DNA of 64,000 nucleotides from Escherichia coli (GTDB lineage Bacteria; Pseudomonadota; Gammaproteobacteria; Enterobacterales; Enterobacteriaceae): NCBI RefSeq assembly GCF_045037415.1, contig NZ_CP173439.1; one strand, 5' to 3'. Shown piece by piece: positions 55,994 to 64,000 of this stretch (position 1 is its first letter; each line of letters starts with the position of its first letter). The notes under the pieces were generated by a model. It saw only the letters and a program-made list of their open reading frames with translations, ran no database searches and was not told where the DNA came from. The position numbers and the translations under genes were made by a program.

Positions 55994-56953
55994 ATGCTAA
56001 AAGTATCATGCGATGATGGTTCAACTAACGTAAAACTGGCCTGGCTTGAAGATGGCGAGGTAAGAACCAGTCTGTCAGGAAACAGCTTTAAAGAAGGCTG
56101 GAACCCGGGACTGTTTAATGCCGGCAAAGTTTACAATTACGTCGTGGATGGAAAAAAATACACCTATGATTTGGGCAGCACTGCTGTCATAGGTACAACA
56201 CATGTCAGTTATCAATACAGCACCACCAATCTGCTTGCCATACATCATGCACTGCTGACATCCGGCCTTCAGCCACAGGATGTAGAACTGACGGTAACAT
56301 TACCTGTGACCGAATTCTTTGATAATGACAATCAACCAAATGAAGAAAGAATAGAAAGAAAAAAGGCAAATGTTCTCCGTGAGATATCTCTGAATAAAGG
56401 GGAAACATTTAAAATTAAAAAAGTTAATGTAATGCCTGAATCTTTGCCGGCTGCATTTGAATCACTAAAAAAAGATAAAGTAAACAAACTTGAACGCAGC
56501 CTGATTATCGATCTTGGAGGAACCACTCTGGATTGTGGTTTAATTCTCGGTGCATTTGAAGGCATTTCTGAAATCCGTGGCTATTCAGAAATCGGAACAT
56601 CCCGCATAACTCATACCGTCATGAATGCACTAACAAAAGCCTCCACCCCCTGCAATTATTTTATTGCTGATGAGTTAATAAAAAACAGGCATGATAATGA
56701 ATATCTCCAGACATTAATAAATGATGTGGCTGAAATAAAAAATATTACTCATGTAATAGACAGTGAGGTGAAATCTCTGGCAGAAAGCATCCGGCAGGAA
56801 ATTTCAACATTCTCAGGAATGAACCGAATCTACCTCACAGGCGGGGGAGCCGAGCTTATTTACCCTCACATAAAGCAATATTTCCCGAATCTGAAAGTGA
56901 ACAAGGTGGATGAACCTCAGTTTGCATTGGTGAAAGCAATGGTGCATGCGTAA
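55994..56953 (+). CDS. parM: ParM/StbA actin-like partition ATPase
   Basis: 319 aa; DDGSTNVKL phosphate-1, IIDLGGTTLD and GGGAELI motifs; GAGG RBS. Confidence 0.9.
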   Translation: MLKVSCDDGSTNVKLAWLEDGEVRTSLSGNSFKEGWNPGLFNAGKVYNYVVDGKKYTYDLGSTAVIGTTHVSYQYSTTNLLAIHHALLTSGLQPQDVELTVTLPVTEFFDNDNQPNEERIERKKANVLREISLNKGETFKIKKVNVMPESLPAAFESLKKDKVNKLERSLIIDLGGTTLDCGLILGAFEGISEIRGYSEIGTSRITHTVMNALTKASTPCNYFIADELIKNRHDNEYLQTLINDVAEIKNITHVIDSEVKSLAESIRQEISTFSGMNRIYLTGGGAELIYPHIKQYFPNLKVNKVDEPQFALVKAMVHA

Positions 56954-57348
56954 TGGAAAGCAGTGATCCGAAAAAAAGAAAGAAAGTTGTGGCATACCTG
57001 CACCCGACACTTTATCCGCAGGATAACCTGACACAACAAACAATAGACTCTCTCCCGATACAAATGCGGGGAGACTTCTACAGACAATCTCTTATTTGCG
57101 GAGCAGCTCTTTATTCTGTTGACCCCCGACTGTTAACGCTAATCAGTGGTTTTTTCAGTGAGAAAATCACTGCAGAAAATCTGGTAAAACTTATAGAGCA
57201 AACAACAGGATACACATCCACATCAATTGATATAAATGTGTTAAAAAACATTATAGAGGCATCTTCAGAAAACAAATCAGAGAGCATCGCTTCAAAAGAT
57301 GATTTCGAAGAACAAACCAGACGCAATCTGTCTATGTTAAAAAAATAA
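56953..57348 (+). CDS. parR: ParR/StbB partition adaptor
   Basis: Overlaps parM stop; followed by terminator hairpin AAAAGAAGAGCAGGT...ACCTGCTCTTCTTTT. Confidence 0.7.
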   Translation: MESSDPKKRKKVVAYLHPTLYPQDNLTQQTIDSLPIQMRGDFYRQSLICGAALYSVDPRLLTLISGFFSEKITAENLVKLIEQTTGYTSTSIDINVLKNIIEASSENKSESIASKDDFEEQTRRNLSMLKK

Positions 57349-57462
57349 TAAAAGAAGAGCAGGTTCAGTTATTACCTGCTCTTCTTTTATAATGAGGGAC
57401 CAGCAGCGGTTTTAGTGCCCTAAATCGAACGTTTTCGTCCGGTTGCCCCTCAAACCCCATGT

Positions 57463-57795
57463 TCAAGTTAGAATAGTGGACAGACGGCCAAGAACTTCGT
57501 TCATGATAGTCTCTGGAACCCGTTCGAGTCGTTTTCCGCCCCGGGCTTTCATATCAATTGTCCGGGGTTGATCGCAACGCACAACACCTGTGGTACGTAT
57601 GCCAACACCATCCAGCGACACCGCAAAGCCGGCAGTGCGGGCAAAATTGCCTCCGCTGGTTACGGGCACAACAACAGGCAGTCGGGTCACGCGATTAAAG
57701 GCCGCCGGTGTGACAATCAGCACCGGCCGCGTTCCCTGCTGCTCATGACCTGCGGTAGGATCAAGCGAGACAAGCCAGATCTCCCCTCTTTCCAT
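57463..57795 (-). CDS. pemK: PemK/Kid (MazF-family) toxin
   Basis: 110 aa, MERGEIWLVSLDPTAGHEQQGTRPVLIV. Confidence 0.95.
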   Translation of the reverse strand: MERGEIWLVSLDPTAGHEQQGTRPVLIVTPAAFNRVTRLPVVVPVTSGGNFARTAGFAVSLDGVGIRTTGVVRCDQPRTIDMKARGGKRLERVPETIMNEVLGRLSTILT

Positions 57796-57796
57796 G

Positions 57797-58054
57797 TCAG
57801 ATTTCCTCCTGACCAGTCTCCGGTGCATCCAGCCATTCTCGTTCTTCAGCTGATATTTCAGCATTCGGATCACACTGTGCCAGTAGCTCAGCCAGTGAAT
57901 ATTGCGGGCGTCTGTGCGGCTCAACAATCAGCCGGCCATTATCAATGACCATGCCAACTTCATTATCTGTACCCAGAGACAGCGCATTCAGCAGTGCCGG
58001 TGGAACGGTCAGCATAACTGAGCCGCCAACCTTCTTCAGTCGGGTGGTATGCAT
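57797..58054 (-). CDS. pemI: PemI/Kis antitoxin
   Basis: 85 aa, MHTTRLKKVGGSVMLTVPPALL, immediately upstream of pemK. Confidence 0.95.
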   Translation of the reverse strand: MHTTRLKKVGGSVMLTVPPALLNALSLGTDNEVGMVIDNGRLIVEPHRRPQYSLAELLAQCDPNAEISAEEREWLDAPETGQEEI

Positions 58055-58146
58055 TCTTCACCTCCATAAAAGTTATATTTAAATATAACATCCACTAAAA
58101 AAACACACCAGGCTTTAACGCGCAATGTTTAATAAAAATATAACTT

Positions 58147-58800
58147 TCAACCAAACAGTAAACCCAGCGTGGTTGCTTCCATATGCAGCAATACCGGCAG
58201 CAGCAAGCCACCACTTCTGATCCTGGCCGCTGATGTAATCAACCCCACCAGGAACAGCTCTGCCAGTGTCAGCAGGTTCTTATACTGGCTATGCACGGCG
58301 ACGAACAACAACGACGTTATCAGCGCCCCCAGCCACATCGTCCAGCAGTACCGTGAACGGAAGACGTTCAGCATAATCCCCCGGAACAGCGTTTCCTCAT
58401 TCAACGGGGCAAGGATAAAGATGGTCAGCAACGTCAGGATTACGTCAGGTATAGACTTATCGGCAAAAAGTTTCGTCATAAATGGCTCAGCAGGCAGAGC
58501 CAGCACCTTACCGAGCAGAAATACACCGATATACACCACGGCCATCGCACCGACCAGCCACGGTACGCCAACGTTGCGCAGCTGACCAACGACCGGTAGC
58601 GGAGCTATCCAACGGCGGTATACCAGGAAAACACACAGCAGGTACATCAGAACAGCACCATGACTGAAGAACAAATAGTTTTTTCCTGGCCCATAAAGCA
58701 GAACTGCCTGCTCCATGACAAATCTGGCTCCCCAGCTAATGCCCCATGCAGCCAGCATAACCAGCATAAACTGCAGATATTGATTACGTGTCTGAATCAT
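58147..58800 (-). CDS. CPBP-family intramembrane metalloprotease (Abi/CAAX-protease-like)
   Basis: Polytopic membrane protein with EExxxR (NEETLFRG) and FxxxH (FVAVH) motifs. Confidence 0.7.
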   Translation of the reverse strand: MIQTRNQYLQFMLVMLAAWGISWGARFVMEQAVLLYGPGKNYLFFSHGAVLMYLLCVFLVYRRWIAPLPVVGQLRNVGVPWLVGAMAVVYIGVFLLGKVLALPAEPFMTKLFADKSIPDVILTLLTIFILAPLNEETLFRGIMLNVFRSRYCWTMWLGALITSLLFVAVHSQYKNLLTLAELFLVGLITSAARIRSGGLLLPVLLHMEATTLGLLFG

Positions 58801-59111
58801 TGTATCTCCTGTAAATTTTTAACTTGTCCTATTTTTGTCATTACTACATATATACACATGTATAACAATTCAGATATCGTCACCAGGATATGCCGCGCCA
58901 GCGGCATGGAAGGCGGCACTCCGCTGTTTCATATGATACCGCCGAAGCCCGATGTAAGCCGCTACAGTCGTCCGAAAGTCACCAGCCTCCTCCCCCTGCC
59001 GTCATCCGTGCATCAGCTATGCACTGAGTATGCCTGCCCTTCCCTAGAGAATCCTGCCAGGCTTGCCACACTGATATATCTTGACTTTATGTAAACGATA
59101 TGACACCTTAA

Positions 59112-59128
59112 CATGATAATGATTACCA
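59112..59128. promoter_or_regulatory. Fur-box-like motif in the CPBP/cvaA divergent region
   Basis: CATGATAATGATTACCA; about 340 bp upstream of cvaA and about 310 bp upstream of the CPBP gene. Confidence 0.35.
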
Positions 59129-59467
59129 TTCTCTTTTAATATACAGAGAAACTAGGAAATAGGTGAATGAGTTATGTTACTTTAATATTCTCTGATAATA
59201 ACCTAAATCAGTTAGATTATTGTCATTTAATAAATAATGACATTCTTTCATCATAAATAAAAAGACTATTGTTTATAATATTGTTCTCAGCATTATATGA
59301 TTATTTATCCTGATAACTCTCCTATCTTGTATGTTTATATGATTTTCCTTGAAACATATAATGCAAATTTTCGATTTATTTTCCATCATTAATCCAGATA
59401 AACAACAAACTAATAGTATGCAAGGAGACATTATTTGTTTCGCCAGGATGCTTTAGAAAACAGAAAA

Positions 59468-60709
59468 ATGAAGTGGCAGGGACGGGCAATATTACTTCCC
59501 GGAATACCACTGTGGTTAATCATGCTGGGCAGCATTGTGTTTATTACGGCATTTCTGATGTTCATTATTGTTGGTACCTATAGCCGCCGTGTTAATGTCA
59601 GTGGTGAGGTCACAACCTGGCCAAGAGCTGTCAATATATATTCAGGTGTACAGGGATTTGTTGTCAGGCAGTTTGTTCATGAAGGGCAGTTGATAAAAAA
59701 AGGGGATCCTGTTTATCTGATTGACATCAGTAAAAGTACACGCAATGGTATTGTCACTGATAATCATCGCCGGGATATAGAAAACCAGCTGGTTCGTGTG
59801 GACAACATTATTTCCCGTCTGAAAGAAAGTAAAAAAATAACGCTAGATACCCTGGAAAAACAACGTCTGCAATACACAGATGCGTTCCGTCGCTCATCAG
59901 ACATTATACAGCGTGCAGAGGAAGGGATAAAAATAATGAAAAATAATATGGAGAATTACAGATACTATCAGTCAAAAGGACTGATTAATAAAGATCAATT
60001 AACTAACCAAGTTGCATTATATTATCAACAACAAAACAACCTTCTCAGTCTGAGCGGACAAAATGAACAAAATGCCCTGCAGATAACCACTCTGGAGAGT
60101 CAGATTCAGACTCAGGCAGCAGATTTTGATAATCGTATCTATCAGATGGAACTGCAACGACTCGAATTGCAGAAAGAACTGGTTAACACTGATGTGGAAG
60201 GCGAAATCATTATCCGGGCGTTGTCTGACGGGAAAGTTGACTCCCTGAGTGTCACTGTAGGGCAAATGGTCAATACCGGAGACAGCCTTCTGCAGGTTAT
60301 TCCTGAGAACATTGAAAACTATTATCTTATTCTCTGGGTCCCGAATGATGCTGTTCCTTATATTTCGGCTGGTGACAAAGTGAATATTCGTTATGAAGCC
60401 TTCCCCTCAGAAAAATTTGGGCAGTTCTCTGCTACGGTTAAAACTATATCCAGGACTCCTGCGTCAACACAGGAAATGTTGACCTATAAGGGAGCACCTC
60501 AAAATACGCCGGGTGCCTCTGTTCCCTGGTATAAAGTCATTGCGACGCCAGAAAAGCAGATAATCAGGTATGACGAAAAATACCTCCCTCTGGAAAATGG
60601 AATGAAAGCCGAAAGTACACTATTTCTGGAAAAAAGGCGTATTTACCAGTGGATGCTTTCTCCTTTCTATGACATGACACACAGTGCAACAGGACCGATC
60701 AATGACTAA
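59468..60709 (+). CDS. cvaA: Colicin V secretion protein CvaA (HlyD-family)
   Basis: 413 aa from [12 protein letters not shown] (an in-frame ATG at 59435 would add 11 aa); N-terminal TM, coiled-coil, HlyD-like C-terminus. Confidence 0.9.
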   Translation: MKWQGRAILLPGIPLWLIMLGSIVFITAFLMFIIVGTYSRRVNVSGEVTTWPRAVNIYSGVQGFVVRQFVHEGQLIKKGDPVYLIDISKSTRNGIVTDNHRRDIENQLVRVDNIISRLKESKKITLDTLEKQRLQYTDAFRRSSDIIQRAEEGIKIMKNNMENYRYYQSKGLINKDQLTNQVALYYQQQNNLLSLSGQNEQNALQITTLESQIQTQAADFDNRIYQMELQRLELQKELVNTDVEGEIIIRALSDGKVDSLSVTVGQMVNTGDSLLQVIPENIENYYLILWVPNDAVPYISAGDKVNIRYEAFPSEKFGQFSATVKTISRTPASTQEMLTYKGAPQNTPGASVPWYKVIATPEKQIIRYDEKYLPLENGMKAESTLFLEKRRIYQWMLSPFYDMTHSATGPIND

Positions 60710-62798
60710 CAGGAATTTCAGACAAATTATAAATCTGCTTGATTTGCGCTGGCAACGTCGTGTTCCGGTTATTCATCAGACGGAGACCGCTGAATGTGGA
60801 CTGGCCTGCCTGGCAATGATATGCGGTCATTTTGGTAAGAATATTGACCTGATATATCTTCGCCGGAAGTTTAATCTCTCTGCCCGTGGAGCAACCCTTG
60901 CAGGAATCAATGGAATAGCGGAGCAACTGGGGATGGCCACCCGGGCTCTTTCACTGGAGTTGGATGAACTTCGAGTCCTCAAAACGCCGTGTATTCTCCA
61001 CTGGGATTTCAGTCACTTCGTCGTTCTGGTCAGCGTAAAGCGTAACCGTTATGTACTGCATGATCCGGCCAGGGGCATAAGATATATCAGCCGGGAGGAA
61101 ATGAGCCGATATTTTACAGGCGTTGCACTTGAGGTCTGGCCCGGAAGTGAATTCCAGTCGGAAACCCTGCAGACCCGCATAAGTCTTCGTTCACTGATTA
61201 ACAGTATTTACGGTATTAAAAGAACGCTGGCGAAAATTTTCTGTCTGTCAGTTGTAATTGAAGCAATCAATCTGCTAATGCCGGTGGGGACACAGCTGGT
61301 TATGGATCATGCTATTCCTGCGGGGGACAGAGGGCTACTGACGCTAATTTCTGCTGCTCTGATGTTTTTTATATTACTCAAAGCTGCAACGAGTACGCTG
61401 CGCGCATGGTCTTCACTGGTTATGAGCACGCTCATCAATGTACAGTGGCAGTCGGGGCTGTTCGATCATCTTCTCAGACTACCGCTGGCGTTTTTTGAAC
61501 GCCGAAAATTAGGTGATATCCAGTCACGTTTTGACTCCCTTGACACATTGAGGGCCACATTTACCACCAGTGTGATCGGGTTCATAATGGACAGCATTAT
61601 GGTTGTCGGTGTTTTTGTGATGATGCTGTTATACGGAGGATATCTCACCTGGATAGTTCTCTGCTTTACCACAATTTACATTTTTATTCGTCTGGTGACA
61701 TACGGCAATTACCGACAGATATCAGAAGAATGTCTTGTCAGGGAGGCCCGTGCCGCCTCCTATTTTATGGAAACATTATATGGTATTGCCACGGTAAAAA
61801 TCCAGGGGATGGTCGGAATTCGGGGGGCACACTGGCTTAATATGAAAATAGATGCGATAAATTCGGGTATTAAGCTAACCAGGATGGATTTGCTCTTCGG
61901 AGGAATAAATACCTTTGTTACCGCCTGTGATCAGATTGTAATTTTATGGCTGGGAGCAGGCCTTGTGATCGATAATCAGATGACAATAGGAATGTTTGTA
62001 GCGTTTAGTTCTTTTCGTGGGCAGTTTTCGGAAAGAGTTGCCTCTCTGACCAGTTTTCTTCTTCAGCTAAGAATAATGAGTCTGCACAATGAGCGCATTG
62101 CAGATATTGCATTACATGAAAAGGAGGAAAAAAAACCTGAAATTGAAATCGTTGCTCATATGGGGCCAATATCCCTGGAAACCAATGGTTTAAGCTATCG
62201 TTATGACAGTCAGTCAGCACCAATATTCAGTGCTCTGAGTTTATCAGTAGCTCCGGGGGAAAGTGTGGCTATAACTGGTGCTTCCGGTGCGGGAAAAACC
62301 ACATTAATGAAAGTATTATGTGGACTATTTGAACCTGATAGCGGGAGGGTACTGATAAATGGTATAGATATACGCCAAATTGGAATAAATAATTATCAGC
62401 GGATGATAGCCTGTGTTATGCAGGATGACCGGCTATTTTCAGGCTCAATTCGTGAAAATATCTGTGGTTTTGCAGAGGAAATGGATGAAGAGTGGATGGT
62501 AGAATGTGCCAGAGCAAGTCATATTCATGATGTTATAATGAATATGCCAATGGGATATGAAACATTAATAGGTGAACTTGGGGAAGGTCTTTCTGGCGGT
62601 CAAAAACAGCGTATATTTATTGCACGAGCCTTATACCGGAAACCAGGAATATTATTTATGGATGAGGCAACCAGTGCTCTTGATTCAGAGAGTGAACATT
62701 TCGTGAATGTTGCCATAAAAAACATGAATATCACCAGGGTAATTATTGCACACAGAGAAACAACGTTGAGAACTGTTGATAGAGTTATTTCTATTTAA
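60702..62798 (+). CDS. cvaB: Colicin V ABC exporter CvaB (C39 peptidase + ABC)
   Basis: 698 aa; C39 Cys in [11 protein letters not shown]; Walker [10 protein letters not shown], signature LSGGQKQR, Walker B LFMDEATS. Confidence 0.95.
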   Translation: MTNRNFRQIINLLDLRWQRRVPVIHQTETAECGLACLAMICGHFGKNIDLIYLRRKFNLSARGATLAGINGIAEQLGMATRALSLELDELRVLKTPCILHWDFSHFVVLVSVKRNRYVLHDPARGIRYISREEMSRYFTGVALEVWPGSEFQSETLQTRISLRSLINSIYGIKRTLAKIFCLSVVIEAINLLMPVGTQLVMDHAIPAGDRGLLTLISAALMFFILLKAATSTLRAWSSLVMSTLINVQWQSGLFDHLLRLPLAFFERRKLGDIQSRFDSLDTLRATFTTSVIGFIMDSIMVVGVFVMMLLYGGYLTWIVLCFTTIYIFIRLVTYGNYRQISEECLVREARAASYFMETLYGIATVKIQGMVGIRGAHWLNMKIDAINSGIKLTRMDLLFGGINTFVTACDQIVILWLGAGLVIDNQMTIGMFVAFSSFRGQFSERVASLTSFLLQLRIMSLHNERIADIALHEKEEKKPEIEIVAHMGPISLETNGLSYRYDSQSAPIFSALSLSVAPGESVAITGASGAGKTTLMKVLCGLFEPDSGRVLINGIDIRQIGINNYQRMIACVMQDDRLFSGSIRENICGFAEEMDEEWMVECARASHIHDVIMNMPMGYETLIGELGEGLSGGQKQRIFIARALYRKPGILFMDEATSALDSESEHFVNVAIKNMNITRVIIAHRETTLRTVDRVISI

Positions 62799-62967
62799 AC
62801 CATAGAGGAATTACAACCGTATAAGGAATATTTCTTCCTGTTATAATTCCTCGTTATGCTCAGATATCTGTTGGAGGTGGAATGGAAGATAGACAATCCA
62901 CCAAGAAGAAATATCATTCTGTGTGGATTGTCCAATAACTGTTCTTTCTTATATTAAATAAGACTAT

Positions 62968-63279
62968 TTATAAACAAACATCACTAAGATTATTTGGACT
63001 CCAATTACACAATCTTCCCGCAGCATAGTTCCATGCTTCTGAAGGTATCCCTTCGGGTTTTTGCTTAATTGTTCCTCCTAAACCGGATGGAGACATTGCA
63101 GGATTAGGTTTGTGAGTGGATGCATAGTCATATATTGCACCTCCAGCCACCCCTCCAGCAGCTGCTCCAATTCCTCCTGCAACAAATTGCCCGGATAGTG
63201 TTCCTATAGCCATCGCAATATCACGACCTGAAGCACCACCAGAAACAGAATCTAATTCATTTAGAGTCAGAGTTCTCAT
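62968..63279 (-). CDS. cvaC: Colicin V precursor (double-glycine leader)
   Basis: 103 aa, leader MRTLTLNELDSVSGG then Gly/Ala-rich core ending NNLSDVCL. Confidence 0.95.
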   Translation of the reverse strand: MRTLTLNELDSVSGGASGRDIAMAIGTLSGQFVAGGIGAAAGGVAGGAIYDYASTHKPNPAMSPSGLGGTIKQKPEGIPSEAWNYAAGRLCNWSPNNLSDVCL

Positions 63280-63493
63280 ATGATCTCCTTTTTATCTTAT
63301 CGGATATTGAATAATAATTATCACCAACAAAGTAACATATTGCAGACATTAATGCAGAGAAGCAAAATGTATGCATGGATAAAAAGTCCTTTCCTCTAAA
63401 AACACAATCATATATAGCTAATGCAATATATATTGCGGTGGCATTTATTATAAATGCAAATAACAAATCTAATTTTGTTCTTTTTCTATCCAT
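63257..63493 (-). CDS. cvi: Colicin V immunity protein
   Basis: 78-aa two-TM protein overlapping the cvaC start. Confidence 0.9.
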   Translation of the reverse strand: MDRKRTKLDLLFAFIINATAIYIALAIYDCVFRGKDFLSMHTFCFSALMSAICYFVGDNYYSISDKIKRRSYENSDSK

Positions 63494-63538
63494 TACTTTC
63501 TATCCCACTACTTTCTATCCCATTACCACACAAACACT

Positions 63539-63557
63539 AACGATAATGATTATCGTT
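63539..63557. promoter_or_regulatory. Fur box in the cvi-cvaC promoter region
   Basis: AACGATAATGATTATCGTT, near-perfect palindrome, 46-64 bp upstream of cvi. Confidence 0.65.
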
Positions 63558-63602
63558 CACATAGTCAAGAGTGAAGGGTAGGCGGCCCTCACCCCCCTAT
63601 AA

Positions 63603-63888
63603 GGGGTCCGCTTGGAAAACGGATTTTCCCACGTCAAGAGAATTGAGTTGAACGAGTGGTTACATCCAAGCCTGCTAACTCACTGAACGTAAAGGATGTA
63701 CGAAATGTTCCTACCGTCCGATAACCATTTGGCTTACTTCCGTACATTCCCTTGCGTAGATGTTCAGAATTGTACGATTTCGGACACCAAAACCGCTGTT
63801 GTCCCGCCATTCTGACGATTCCTGAAAGTCATTTGACTAAAAAATAGTCTTAACGTGGTTTATTTTCCGAATTCCAAGCGGCCCCCCC
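63603..63888. mobile_element. Miniature Tn3-derived element (TIME-like) with Tn21/Tn1721-type inverted repeats
   Basis: Left IR GGGGTCCGCTTGGAAAACGGATTTTCCCACGTCAAG (63603-63638); right IR reverse complement GGGGGCCGCTTGGAATTCGGAAAATAAACCACGTTAAG (63849-63886); about 210-bp non-coding interior. Confidence 0.6.
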
Positions 63889-64000
63889 TACATTTATACA
63901 ATGTCCTGCAGGGCATAGAAGGGGCGAAAGAAAATACCTGGGCGAAGCCGCTGAACATCATTCTGGCGATTTCAATAAAGGTACTTGCTCGCGCTCTGTA

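Overview
This window is a mosaic segment of a large IncF-type conjugative plasmid of Enterobacteriaceae, ColV-like. All calls come from reading the six-frame translations and the DNA by eye; no database search was run, so family names rest on recognised motifs and recalled protein lengths. Left to right: (1) an IS66-family transposase fragment abutted by an IS21-family element whose istA carries an in-frame stop; (2) a 2.4-kb transposase-less cassette bounded by 38-bp Tn3-family-type inverted repeats and a 6-bp direct repeat, carrying an ArsR-family regulator and a CoA-disulfide-reductase/rhodanese fusion; (3) a ColE2-type Rep-like gene with no recognisable N-terminus; (4) a Fur-box-preceded ChaN / TonB / TonB-dependent receptor / beta-propeller cluster; (5) a junction zone of IS and transposon remnants (Tn3-type IR, IS91 fragment, IS629-like, autotransporter fragment, IS5, truncated agp-like gene); (6) a Fur-box-preceded Ftr1/P19 (FetMP-type) iron-uptake cluster with ABC-type, thioredoxin-like and FMN-binding components, whose upstream DsbA-like gene is cut by another copy of the 38-bp IR; (7) IS110-family fragment, IS26, 5'-truncated tet(A) fused in frame to an IS26 ATG, pecM-like gene, IS1; (8) an F-like transfer region (oriT, traM to traR, finP) that ends at IS1 before traC; (9) the leading region (gene X, hok/mok, psiA, psiB, ParB-like, ssb, two orphan methyltransferases, KlcA-like, many unknown ORFs) with three copies of a structured GC-rich repeat and a hexanucleotide microsatellite; (10) parMR, pemIK, a CPBP-family protease, the colicin V operon cvaA-cvaB-cvaC-cvi with a Fur box, and a ~285-bp miniature Tn3-derived element. 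No rRNA, tRNA or CRISPR array was seen. The most novel-looking item is the transposase-less IR-bounded sulfur-stress cassette and its solo IR copies at module junctions.
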